Below, piece after piece: positions 13,171 to 25,555 of a stretch of 64,000 nucleotides of DNA. The notes under the pieces were generated by a model, which saw nothing but the letters and a program-made list of their open reading frames with translations, did no database searches and was not told the DNA's origin. Source of the DNA: the human T2T-CHM13v2.0 reference genome, Homo sapiens. The stretch is taken from NCBI RefSeq assembly GCF_009914755.1, contig NC_060933.1, one strand, 5' to 3'. Both the position numbers and the translations under genes were made by a program. Within the stretch, counting starts at the first letter, position 1, and each line of letters begins with the position of its first letter.

Positions 13171-16100
13171 TCTGATGGGAATAATTCATTAGAGAGTGAA
13201 TAAGCTGATACTGGACATAATAGGATTAGTCCCTATGTATTCAAACAGATAGGAAAGTTGAGGCTGTGAAGTCTAGGGATAGAAAAAATGAATAGTTTAC
13301 TAAAATTACCTCTTTACTCTTGCTGACAAGGTAAAAGGTCTGAGGTAGGCACAGTCTTAGTCTCGGCACACTAATCACTCCTTTTCCCCTTTGTCCTAGA
13401 ATTCATTTTACTTTGAGTGTTGGGTGTTCTGTCTCAAACATTGCTAAACCCATAGTTTTTTAAATAAATGAATGAACAATCATACTAAACAATATAAGAA
13501 ATCAATGAAATAAAAAGGGCAAGTTGCTTTAAAAATATGAAACCACTCAATCTTCTCCTGCTTTTCTTCTTTACTGATTCTTTTTTTTCTTTCATAACAA
13601 TAATTTTCCAAAGTATCAGGAAAGCAAAATACTAAGGATGTTAGATATATATAGTTAGATACAAGGAAGCTGCTTACTTTTATATGTGCATTCTTTTTGA
13701 TTTCTTATATCTCTAATTAGCCCAAATTTTCAAATTTTCTCTCCAAAAGAAAAATCTGAATTATTTTATTAAACATAGGATTAGCAAATTTTCTGAAAAC
13801 TATGAGTCTTAAATAAGTCTACAGGACAAAATTAAGAATAATGTTTTAAGGGACTCTATTGTTTCAGCTCCTGTAAGAAACGATAGTTATGTTTATTAAT
13901 TTGCTGTTTTTATAACTGGGTAATGATGTTTGTTTATTCATTAATTTGGTTTGTTTTCTAAGTGGAGAGACTTGCAAGGTTTGCGTTTTGTATTTATTTG
14001 AAAAGCTGCCACTAAGCATTGTTATGTGGTTATTAGCAACTTGAAGACACAACTGCTTTAAGCAGCTATGCGAATTCATGTTGAGAACGTCACTGAAGAA
14101 GTGACATAAAGATCCTGTATGTCCACTGGGAAATTTAATTTAAAACAATTTCTCCCATATTATAGGAATTGAATAGATTTGTTTTAGCTCACATTAAAAT
14201 ATACTTACTATAAATGAGGAAAATTTTTTCCTTTTCATTTTCTTGTTCCTTCGGATTATATTCAACTGGTAAATAAAGACTAAAATCTTAACTAAAATGA
14301 TTTAAATACTTTTTTTCTCATTATGACTTATTGCAGACACATTTTAAGAAAATAATAAGAACCCAGACAACTGAGGCCAGAGATAAATCTTATAATTGCT
14401 ATCTCCTATGATGAGAAGCAAGACCTTTCAGTAAAGGTGTTCAGGCCTGTGGATTTAAGTATTTCATGAGACGGTGGGGAAAGGATGTGGGTGTCTATTG
14501 CAAATAGGAAACCTGGACATTGCACCACTGAATACCTCCCTTCTAGTTTCCATATTCAGAAGGACTTTTGTCAGTTTTAGTCACTGGGATTTCACTTCCC
14601 AAGTCTAATTTACTGCAAATGAACAAATCATCGATTGTAGCTTGGTAGTATTTCATCATATTTCCAATTTTCGTCTATAATAACTGATAGTTCTGTGATC
14701 TTTGGACAAGAGAGATGTCACAAGTTCAGTGATGAAATATGTTGGGTTTGCCCATTTTCCGTTTCTCTCTCTTAACAATGAAGTTATAGGAGAAATGATT
14801 CTAGTATAATTTTCAAATCATGCACTCTACTAATTATGCCATTAAGATTAGATACTTAGGTCAATTATACTATTTTTGTCTAGTTTCAAATTTGTTAAAA
14901 GGTGTAAACATAGAATTGAATAACATAGTTTTATGAGGAATTCTACAATAAGAATGCAAAAAGTATTTCTGGAGTGTTTACTGCTAAGTGTGCGGTACTC
15001 TGCTTTGGACAAAGATGAATTGAGTCAAGTGGTGTTGTTTGTTATATAATAGAACAATCGTGCTGAAATAGAGATACAAGGCTGTGAGGATTTGACATGT
15101 TTAACTATAATGCTGTGTCTATTTTTACATATCTATATGCCTGTGCATATGAATCTCTGTAGAAATTTAAGATTTGCTTATAATCTTGTTTGATATAAGT
15201 CTATGTCTGAGGATGAATCTACTCTCAAAGTGTGAATGCAAACAAGTTTCTAATCTTACCCAGAACATCTTAATATTTGACGGGGAAAATTCCCTCCTGT
15301 GAACAACTGGCAATTCCTGAAAGCTCCTGCCTAGGCTCATCTGCTTCCTATATGTTTCCTTTGCCTTCAATTTCAAAGTTGTCAGGGGGAAAAAACACCT
15401 CTTCAGAAAGATGTCATATGCCAAGATGTGGTCCATACAGATCAAAACTCTAGGTTCATGTATTTTTGAAGACTAATTATTACTAGATTGAAAACATGAA
15501 GTCGCTTGTACCAACTCTATTGTTTCTTTTGACTAACTTGTACTCTCTCAAAATACTTTTCAGAGATAGATACGTCTGATAATTCTGAATTTAACTTGAT
15601 GTAACTCTGTGATGTACTCTAATCTCATAATCTGGTTTTTTCTTTTTGGATCTCTGTGTCATTTCCTTAACTGAGAAACTTCAGGGCTGTCATCTCATAT
15701 ACAGTTCTCACATTTTAAATAATCTTTCCAAATAATCTCAACAAAGGAACACTACATTGGTGGCAGATTATAAAATGTTGAAGAAGACTTAAAGTCAAGT
15801 GCAACTTATTTCAGGGTTCATGAGTTTTAAAATTATATTACTGAAATTAATTTTTATATCTTTCTCAATATATTTTAAAATTCTGTATTAATTATGAGAA
15901 AAATAATTTTTTGTGTGTTTCTAAAACACAATAATCAAAACGCAGGGTAATAAATGAACTATCAACTTAAATCATTGGCAAGTAAATTGACAATATGCAC
16001 CTTCTAAAATTGAAAGTCAAATTGCTGTAATATTAAATCCGTATTTAAACACTGATTTCCAGCTTTCTACTTAAGTACTTTTACTGCTACACCTTAACAT

Positions 16101-18176
16101 TTAGAAAACAGAACTAGCATATCAAATAATCAATACATTTTATAATCAATTTGATACTATATATGAGAACCTTTATCTTTATATTTTATTTCTTCAATTT
16201 ATTTGGGGCATGTGTGTATGTGTGTGTGTACGTTTTTGAACGTGTATGTGCATATATTTGTGTATGTCAGATTATGAGAAGCAAGTAAAGAGAGTGGGCA
16301 GATGAAAATGGCATGAGTTTTAAAATAATGACACTGAAGAAGGAAAGGAGAAAGGAATGGGAAAAGAGATACTCTGCCTTTTGTTGATTGTGAGATATAT
16401 ATTGAAAGTGAAATCTGCGTGGAATGTTCAAAATACATTCATATATCAGTATATATATCTATATATCCATATTCTTTTGAAAATACAAGGTTTGGGCTGA
16501 TGTTTTTCTGAGAGAGATAAAAAAATTCCACCCATGAACAACAGGTTTGGCCTGTACCTGTGGAGTTCGATCCTGTACATAATTGTCCTTTCCTGACTGG
16601 TACCCTAAATATTTCAGATTGGCTTAGCCAGTCTCCACTGTCACAAAACCAGTTTGTTAATATAACTCAAGCTCTCTCTCTTTTCTCTGAGATTACTTTC
16701 TTGTGTGCACTGTGTTGCCTAGCAAAGGCATGTGCAACCATGTATCCAATATTCTATATGTGTTATACTTATACTGGAAAGTTTGAAAACAACAAATAAT
16801 TAATATGTACTAAGCAATTTAAAATTTACTTAAATCTTAATTGTACATAACAACTTATTACCAAAGTATACTTTCTGGAGCTAAATAAAAACATTAATAT
16901 AAGTGAATAATATGTCATGTGAATGAATATGGGATAATTTTGGTATGTAGAGGCATAAATTCATTGGGATATAACAAACTTTAAAAAAATTTTAAACAAA
17001 AAAAATTGAATACTTCTTCTTGATTCTATTTATCGTGCTTCTCTGCTTGAACTCTATTTGATACAGTGAAGCTATTATCCACTCTTCAGAACTGAGACAA
17101 CTCTATAAATGCCTCACCTATCACTTACTAGAATTGGGGGATCCATCTACCCAACGTTCGGAGTGGCATTGCAACTTAAATGCATTTATACAAATTTTGC
17201 CTTTTTGTGACTTTTTGAAAACTGTCAAAAATAATCTTGACAACTAAGTAAATTTAAATATATATTTTATTCTTTGAAAGAAAAAGCTAACTAAATAAGG
17301 ATTTATGATATCACTCATCTTCAACTGAAATTGATAAATAAGCTTACTAGACCTGTAATATACAAAAAGCAATAAAATAAACCATGATTTAAATGAGAAA
17401 TACAGGGATAACACATATAAACATTAATTCTAAATAGATGCCGATATCATGCTTAAAGTATAGACAAATTTGAATATACCAATTTAGATGAATAGTTGTT
17501 TCTTATGAAATTAATGGAATGAATCTATTTTCAAGTCCTTATGGTATACAGTACAGAAAAAGAAACATGGAATCCTTTTCTTTTTCTTTTCAAAAAATTA
17601 CCAGAATTTTAATTCCTGTTTTGTTTTGTTATTGTTTTCTTGAAAATTTAAGAGCACTTGCATTTTCCCTTGATTTTTTTTAACTAAAATGTTATCTGAC
17701 TATAAATTTTTCTGAAGCTTAATATTTTTTTTCTAGGAAGGTACCTAAGTATCTTAACTTTATAACTTCAGCAATTGTTAGTATTTCTTAAGACAAATTA
17801 TCCAATTTTCAATAAGGATGGAACCATTATTTCCCTTTCTTGTAGAACATTTTGGTTTTTAAGAAAGTACTCAATGATGGTTAATTTTTAAATTATCTCA
17901 TTCTGGTTATAACTCCAGCATAAGTCAATTTTGCTCACTAAAGAAAAATCATTATATACTGCAGTTCTACAGGGGCAGAGACTATATCCATTTTCTATAC
18001 CTTCTGTATTTCTAGATCTTCTATATTTTATACATAACATGTTAAATGCAATTTAGTTGCTCTAAGTCTTCTTTGAATGATTATATCAATTCCTTTGAAT
18101 AAGATAATCACCCTTCCGCCTGAAGAATTATCAGCAGGTTTAGAATTATTTAGAATTCATTTAAAGTCTCCTAAAG

Positions 18177-18536
18177 CAGTTGTCCCCAACCTTTTTGGTA
18201 CCACAGATTGGTTTTGTGGAAGACAATTTTTCCACAGGATGTTGGGGGTAGTGAGGTGAGGCGGGGTGGGGAATATTCAAGATGAGACTGTTTCACCGCA
18301 GATCTTCAGGCATCAGTTAGATTCTCAAAAGGGGCACACAACCTAGATCCCTGACATGCACAGATCACAATACAGTTTGTGCTCCTATGAGAATCTAATT
18401 CTGCAGCTGAGTTGATAGGAGGTGGAGCTCAGGCAATAATGCTCACTTCCTTGTGGCTAACCTCCTGCTGTGTGGCCTGGTTACTAACAGGCCACGGACT
18501 TGTAAAGGTCCACAGCCCAAAGGTTAGGGACCCGTG
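18177..18536 (-). mobile_element. MER1B (hAT-Charlie non-autonomous DNA transposon)
   Basis: TIR-like ends CAGTTGTCCCCAACC / GGTTAGGGACCCGTG; degenerate 8-bp TSD TCCTAAAG/TCTTATAG. Confidence 0.92.
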
Positions 18537-18667
18537 TCTTATAGCAAAGGCATGTGCAAACCTGCATCCACTTCATCTCACTTCCCCTTACTTTAGCTTC
18601 TCTTCCCATCAATGAGGGCTATACATTTGATTAGAAAAAAAAAAAGATAGTTGCAGGAAAAGAAAAT

Positions 18668-18876
18668 TTATATATGTGTATACATATATATATATAGTTT
18701 ATATATTTACATATAATATACATATATAATACAGGTATATATGTATATTATGTATACATATAATATACATATAATACGTATATATACATATGTATATACA
18801 TATGTAAATATATAAACAGTTTATATATATACATATATACAGTTTTTATATATATACATATATATATAAACTGTTT
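18668..18876. repeat. Complex (TA)n-rich tract with nested inverted repeats
   Basis: TA/TACA-rich; perfect IR arms 18697-18714/18800-18817, 18714-18728/18736-18750, 18814-18831/18859-18876. Confidence 0.9.
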
Positions 18877-19567
18877 AAAAATAATGGTAGGAAGAGAAGG
18901 TAATCATGCTAGAAAAATATTCTAGCCTTAGGAAGAGATCGCTCTGATTATCCTTATGCAGTCATATCACTTCAGCTACTTCTTTAGAAAGCAATTAGGC
19001 CCATATATTTTTAAATTATATTTTAAATTAGAATTTGAAGTTAAAAATATACCTGAAGTGATCTTCAGCAGATTCCTTCTTTGATTTTTCTTTATTTCAG
19101 AAAAGTATGAATCATATTAATTCATTATCTACAATTGCATTCCTTACAAGTTCACACCTAATAGCCAGCCCCTACATAAATCAGTTTTGTGGAATCTTCA
19201 TAAGAGATAATAATGAGGGCTGCAGAAGACATTCAGAGAAGATGTTGGGAGAAATTGTTGCACAGAGTGTGTGAGGTTGATACCAAGTCTAGGACAGGAT
19301 AACTAAGCTATTGAAAAGATCAATAAACATGGGGAACAAAAGGTATTTTATATTTCCATCGAATGACAACTTATTTTTCTAGGCTTATCTCTGACCTCTC
19401 CCACATATCTGATTCATTAGCATTTTTCCTGATCATTTTCTGATTATAACATGTCCTTTTATGACCTTGGCGTATATTATCCCCACCATCTAGAATGTTT
19501 TGTCTTAACCCTCACTTTTCCTTCTTTAGCTAGAAACCTCCTATTCTTTTATCAAAAACCTAACTAA

Positions 19568-22544
19568 AATTATATCAAATACTCTCTCAGACCACAGTGG
19601 AATAAAATTGGAAATAAACTCCAAAAGGAACCCTCAAAACCATGTAAATACATGGAAATTAAATAACCTGCTACTGAATGATCATTGGCTCAACAACGAA
19701 ATCAAGATGGAAATTTAAAAATTCTTTGAACTGAATGATAATAAGGGCACAATATATCAAAACCTCTGGGATAGAGCAAAAGCAGTGCTAAGCATTAAAT
19801 GCCTCCATCAAAAATTCTGAAAGAGCACAAATAGACAATCTAAGCTCACACCTCACAGAACTGGAGAAACAAGAACACTCCCAAACCACACCCAGCAGAA
19901 GAAAAGAAATAATGAAGATCAGAGCAGAACTAAATGAAATTGAAACACACAAACAAACAAAAAAGACAAAAGATAAATGAAATAAAAAGCTGGTTCTTTG
20001 AAAAGATAAATAAAATTGACAGACCATTAGCCAGATTAACCAAGAAAAGAGGAGAGAAGTTTCAAATAAACTCATTTAGAAACGGAATGGGGGATATTAC
20101 AGCTGATACCACAGAAACACAAAAGATTATTCAAGGCTATGATGAACACCTTTACACACATAAACTAGAAAAATTAAGAGGAGATGGATAGATTCCTGGA
20201 AATATACCTAAATTAAACTAGGAAGGTAAAGAATCTCTAAACAAACCAAGAACAAGCAGCGAGATTGAAATGGTAATAAAAAATTGCCAACAACAAAAAA
20301 AAGTCCAGGGCCAGACCAAATCACAGCTGAATTCTATCAGACATTCACAGAATTGGTACCAATCTGATCGACACTATTTCAAAAGATAGAGAAAGAGGGA
20401 ATCCTCCCTAAATCATTCTATGAAGCCAGTATCACCCTGATACCAAAACCAGGGAAGTACATAAAAAAAAAAAAAACAAAAACTACAGATCAATACCCCT
20501 GATGAAAGCAGATGCAGAAATCCTCAACAAAATACTAGCAAATCAAATCCAACAGCATATCAAAAAGATGATCTAGTGGATCCACCATGATCAACTGGAT
20601 GCAGGGATGGTTTAACATATGTAAGTCAATAAAGTGTGACACACCACATAAACAGAATTAAAAACAAAAATCACCATGATTATCTCAATAGATGCAGAAA
20701 AAGCATTTGACAAAATCCAGCATCTCTTTATGACTAAAACCCTCAGCAAAATCGGCACAGAAGGGACATACCTTAAGGTAACAAAAGCCACCTACAACAA
20801 ACCGATAGCCAACATTATACTGAACAGGGAAATGTTGAAAGCATTCCCCCCTGAAAACTGGAAAAGACAAGGATGCCCACTTTCACTACTTCTATTCAAC
20901 ATAGTCCTGGAAGTCCTAGCCAGAGCAATCAGACAAGAGATAGAACTAAAACTCATCCAAATAGGTAAAGAGGAAGTCAGACACTCGTTGTTTGCTGATG
21001 AGATGATTGTATACCCAGAAAATCTTAAAGACTCATCCAAAAAGCTCCTAGAACTGGTAAATGAATTCAGCAAAGTTTCAGGATACAAAATTAACATACA
21101 CAAATCAGCAGCTCTGTTATACACCAACAGCGACCAAGCTGAGAATCAAATCAAGAACTCAACCCCTTTCATAATAGCAGTAAGAAAAATAAATGAATAC
21201 TTTGGAATATACTTAACCAAGGACATGAAAGACTTCTACAAGGAAAATTACAAAACACTGCTGAAAGAAGTCATAGAATGCACAAATGGAAACACATCTT
21301 ATGCTCATGGATGGGTAGAATAAAAGTTGTGAAAATAACCATACTGCCAAAAACAATCTACAAGTACAATGCAATTGCCATCAAAATAACACCATCATTC
21401 TTTTCAGAAATAGAAAAAACAATCCTAAAATTCATATGAAACCAAAAAAAGAGCTCACATAGCCAAAGCAAGACTAAGCAAAAAGAACAAATCTGGAGGT
21501 ATTAAATTATCCGACTTCAAATTGTACTAAAAGGTCATAGTCACCAAAACAGCATGGTACTGGTATAAAAGTAGGCACGCAGACAAATGGAACAGAATAG
21601 AGAACCCAGAAATAAAGCCAAGTACTTACAGCCAACTGATCTTTGACAAACCAAACAAAAACATAAAGTGGGGAAAGGAAACCCTATTGAAAAATGGCGC
21701 TGAAGTAATTGACAAGTCACATGTAAAAGAATGAAATTGGATCCTCATCTCTCACCTTATACAAAAATCAACTGAAGATGGATTAAAAACTTAAATCTAA
21801 GACCTGAAACCATGAAGATTCTAGAAGATAACATTGGAAAACCCCTTTTAGACACTGGCTTAGGCAAAGACTTCATGACCAAGAACCCAAAAGCAAATGC
21901 AACAAAAACAAAGATAAATAGATGGGACTGAATTAAACTTAAAAGCTTCTGCATAGCAAAAGAAATAATCAGCAGAGTAAACAGAAAACCCACAGAGTCA
22001 GAGAAAATCTTCACAATCTATACATTCAACAAAGGAGTCTTACCCAGAATCTACAACGAACTCAAACAAATTATCCAGACAAAAAACAAATGATCGCATC
22101 ACAAAGTGGGCTAAGGACATGAATAGACAATTCTCAAAACAAGACATACAGATGGCCAAAAAACTTGAAAAAATGCTAAACGTCACTAATTATAAGGGAA
22201 ATGCAAGTCAAAACCACAATGTGATACCTCACTCCTGCAAGAATGGCCATAATCAAAAAATAAAAAAATAATAGATGTTGGGGTGGATGTGGTGAAAAGG
22301 GAACACTTTTACACTGTTGGTGGGAATGTAAACTAGTACAACCACTATGAAAAACAGTGTGGAGATTCCTTAAAGAACTAAAAGTAGACCTACCATTTGA
22401 TCCAGCAGTCCCACTATTAGCTATCTATCCAGAGTAAAAGAAGTCATTATATGAAAAAGATACTTGCAGCACAATTTGCAATTGCAAAAATATGGAACAA
22501 GCCCAAATGCCCATCAATCAGTGAGAGATAAAGAAAATGTGGTG
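19568..22544 (+). mobile_element. L1PB-like LINE-1 ORF2 segment, defective, lacking 5' part and 3' end
   Basis: Continuous L1 ORF2 homology; ORFs 19934-20191 ([18 protein letters not shown]) and 20676-21323; frameshifts and stops. Confidence 0.95.
20676..21323 (+). pseudogene. L1 ORF2 reverse-transcriptase remnant
   Basis: [23 protein letters not shown]; catalytic FADD changed to FADE. Confidence 0.92.
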
Positions 22545-22912
22545 TTTCCCAATGTGGATGGGCATTATCCAATTCCTTGAGGACCTGAATAGAAAAAGCA
22601 GAGTAAGTTAACTTCATTCCCTGACTGAGTGCTTGGACTAGAACATCAATTTTTTTGCTCTTAGTGCTCCTGGATGTCAGACCTTCAAACTACACCACAC
22701 CTCTCCTGAATGTCCAGCATGCAGACAGTAGATCATGGACTGTATTCTCAGTTTACGTAACTGTGTGAGCCAATTTCTTATAATAAATTTCTCAGTTTGC
22801 ATAATCATGTGAGCCAATTTCTTACAATAAATATTATTTTCATCGTGTGTGTGTCTGTGTGTGTGTGTGTCTGTGTGTATCCTATTGCTTTTGTTTTGCT
22901 GAATATCACTAA
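22545..22912 (+). mobile_element. MLT2 (ERVL) LTR, 5' part missing
   Basis: CCCAATGTGGATGGGCATTATCCAATTCCTTGAGGACCTGAATAGAA...GTGAGCCAATTTC (duplicated)...(TG)n...CCTATTG. Confidence 0.8.
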
Positions 22913-23369
22913 GTAATGCAATCAGGACATTCCTTCCTGTGAGTTGTAGAAACTGGAGTTTTATGCCATGACCAGACAATTTAGAATCATGCTGCAAGGG
23001 ATAATGCATTTTCTTTAATTGTAATTATTCAAAGCAGTCAGTAAACATGAGTGAACAAATAACATAAATGAATATCTTATAGATGAAAGGATTAATGTTT
23101 CTGATACTTCCACATAATTGTCTTAAAGAAAAACACCTCAGAGCTAAGGGTCTGATTAGACATAGGTATACATATCTCTTGGCTAACAAAATATCTCTAA
23201 TACGTTTTTTATTATCTGTGCTAGATGCTTTTTAAAAATTCTTTTTTTTTTCAGTGTTTCAGAATCCAGGGACTAGTCAGAAGCACTCTTGATTAGACTC
23301 CTAGTCTGTCTCCCTTCTTCATCCACTCATGTATAATTCTTTAAAAATTACACAAAATATTATAGGCTA

Positions 23370-23746
23370 TAATATGATTAGCCTTGTATCCCCACCCAAA
23401 TCTCATCTTGAACGGAAATCCCCACAATCCCCATGTGTCAAGAAAGAGACCAGGTGGAGGTAATTGAATCATGGTGTTGTTTCCCCTCAGCTGTTCTCCT
23501 GATAGTGAGTGAGTTCTCACGAGATCTCATGGTTTTATAAAGGGCTTTTCCCCTCTTGACTCGGCACTTCTTTTTCCTGCTGCCTTGTGAAGAAGGTGCT
23601 TTGCTTCCCTTTCACCTTCTGCCATGATTGTATGTTTCCTGAGGCCTCCCAGCCATGCTGAACTGTGAGTCAATTAAACTTCTTTCCTTTATAAATTACC
23701 CAGTCTTGGGTATTTCTTCATGGCACTGAGAGAATGGACTAATACA
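23370..23746 (+). mobile_element. THE1 (THE1D-like) MaLR solo LTR
   Basis: CCCCACCCAAATCTCATCTTGAA...GAGGCCTCCCAGCCATG...GGACTAATACA; TSD GGCTA/GTCTA. Confidence 0.92.
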
Positions 23747-23885
23747 GTCTACTATCTATATTTAAACAGATAATAAAAATGTCTTTCTAATAACAGGAAA
23801 TGATAATGAAGTTGGTTATACATCTTTACCCCCATTTTTCTCTCCAGTTGCAGAAAACCTATGTCTGATTTTAGGAAGTGTTTTT

Positions 23886-23933
23886 TGTGCTACATATGTG
23901 CTACATAGTGTGTCCTGTGCTACATATGTGCTA
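23886..23933. repeat. Interrupted 11-bp tandem (TGTGCTACATA x~4)
   Basis: Read directly. Confidence 0.85.
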
Positions 23934-23993
23934 AAGAACTTCTATTCTTAGGCTCTTTGGTATCATGGAAAATCTTTTTATTAGAAATGATAG

Positions 23994-24588
23994 TGAAGTA
24001 GGAGATCAGCAGGACTTGTTTTCTGATGACAACCCTGCTGATCAAAACAGGATGCAGCAGAGAAACCAGACAAAACCATCAGATACAGACAAAAGCCACC
24101 TCTAGTTGCCTTCATTACTCATTAGCATAAGGCCCTCCCACCAGTGCCATGACAGTTTGTAAATGTCATGGTATTGACCCAGAAGTTATCTTATTTGGTT
24201 CTGGGAACTCCTCCTGCCTTTTTATAGAAAACTCTGAAAAATGTGCCCCCATAATTAGCATATAATTAAGAGTGGGTATAAATATAGCTAGCCAACAATC
24301 TACAGGGACTGTTGCTCTGCACTGTTAGTGTTGCTGTATGCTGCCATGGCTGCTCTGGGCTGCTCTGCCTGTGGAGCAGCCGCTTTACTGTACACTGCTA
24401 CTCTGTGCTTCTCTGCTTATGAGTTGGCCCTGCTTTGTCTGTGGAGCAGCCAGTTTGCTGTGTCCTGTTAATCTCTGTTAATCTAATAAACTTCCTTTCT
24501 TCCATGGCCAGCTCGCTCTTGAATTTTTTTCTGATCAAAGCCAAAACCTTCCCAGGCTGAGCCCCAATTGTGGGGCTCATTTGTATCA
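23994..24588 (+). mobile_element. ERV1 solo LTR, MER66/MER41 group
   Basis: TG...CA ends; CTCCCACCAGTGCCATGACAGTTTGTAAATGTCATGG; TATAAATA box; AATAAA; GGCTGAGCCCCAATTGTGGGGCTC. Confidence 0.8.
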
Positions 24589-24674
24589 ATGGGATAAAAG
24601 TAACTAGCTCTTTGGAAAAACGGTATATATTATATCCTGAATAATATGTTTTCTCCCACTCAGAATTTACAGTA

Positions 24675-25050
24675 TGTATTAGTCTGTTTTCACACTGCTA
24701 TAAAGAACTGCCCAAAACTGGGTAATTTACAAGGAAAAGAAATTTAATTGGCTCAGAGCTTCACATGGCTGAGGAAGCCTCAGGAAACTTACAATCATGG
24801 CGGAAGGGGAAGGGGAAGCAAGGACCTTCTTCACATGGTGGCAGAAAAGAGGGAGCTAGCAAGAGCAGGGGAAGTTGTCTTATAAAACCCTCAGATCTCA
24901 TGAGAACTCACTCACTATAACGAGAACAGCATGGGGAAACTGCTCCCATGAATGAATCATCTCCCACCAGGTCCCTCCCTGGATATGTGGGAGTTTCCAG
25001 GATTACAATTCAAGATGAGATTTGGGTGGGGAGACAGCCAAACCATATTA
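24675..25050 (-). mobile_element. THE1D/MSTA-like MaLR solo LTR
   Basis: TGTATTAGTCTGTTTTCACACTGCTATAAAG...GATGAGATTTGGGTGGGGAGACAGCCAAACCATATTA; TSD CAGTA/TAGTA. Confidence 0.92.
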
Positions 25051-25339
25051 TAGTAATTAAAAAAAAAGCTATTAAATATTTCCAAAACCTGAATACAGGT
25101 AATGAAGACCTGTATATTCAACAATATATTGTGTTATATAAAAGTTAACCTTTATTTGTAATACAATATCACATTCATTAACCTACTTTTAAGTATCTTG
25201 TGCATTCAAATATGCTGTACAAAGTCTTTCTTTAAAAAGCAAGATAATACTGGTGAATCAGTTTTCCTTTAAGATCTGAGATTTTATTAGTATAAAGGAA
25301 AATAAAGTATCATAAAATATCTAATCTAAAAATACTACA

Positions 25340-25555
25340 TACACTACTAATTGTGCGGCAGGCAATGTTCAAACTCCTTTTCATACAGCTGCCATCAGGG
25401 AGCTATAGTATGATGCTCCTTTTATATCTGAGAAAATGTAGCCTCAACAAAGTTAAATGACTTGACCAACATCACACAACAGGTAAGTGACAAACCTGGA
25501 TTCGAAATCCAGGGAATATTTAGGCCCAGAATCTTAACTGCTACGTTATACTGAG
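25340..25555 (-). mobile_element. MIR
   Basis: GAGAAAATGTAGCCTC...GTTAAATGACTTGACCAACATCACACAAC...GGATTCGAAATCCAGG. Confidence 0.75.

Noticed and set aside
20676-21323. 215-aa reverse-transcriptase-like ORF as a functional gene or novel RT system
   Set aside because: Ordinary L1 ORF2 fragment; FADD is mutated to FADE, frameshifts flank it, and there is no promoter or ORF1
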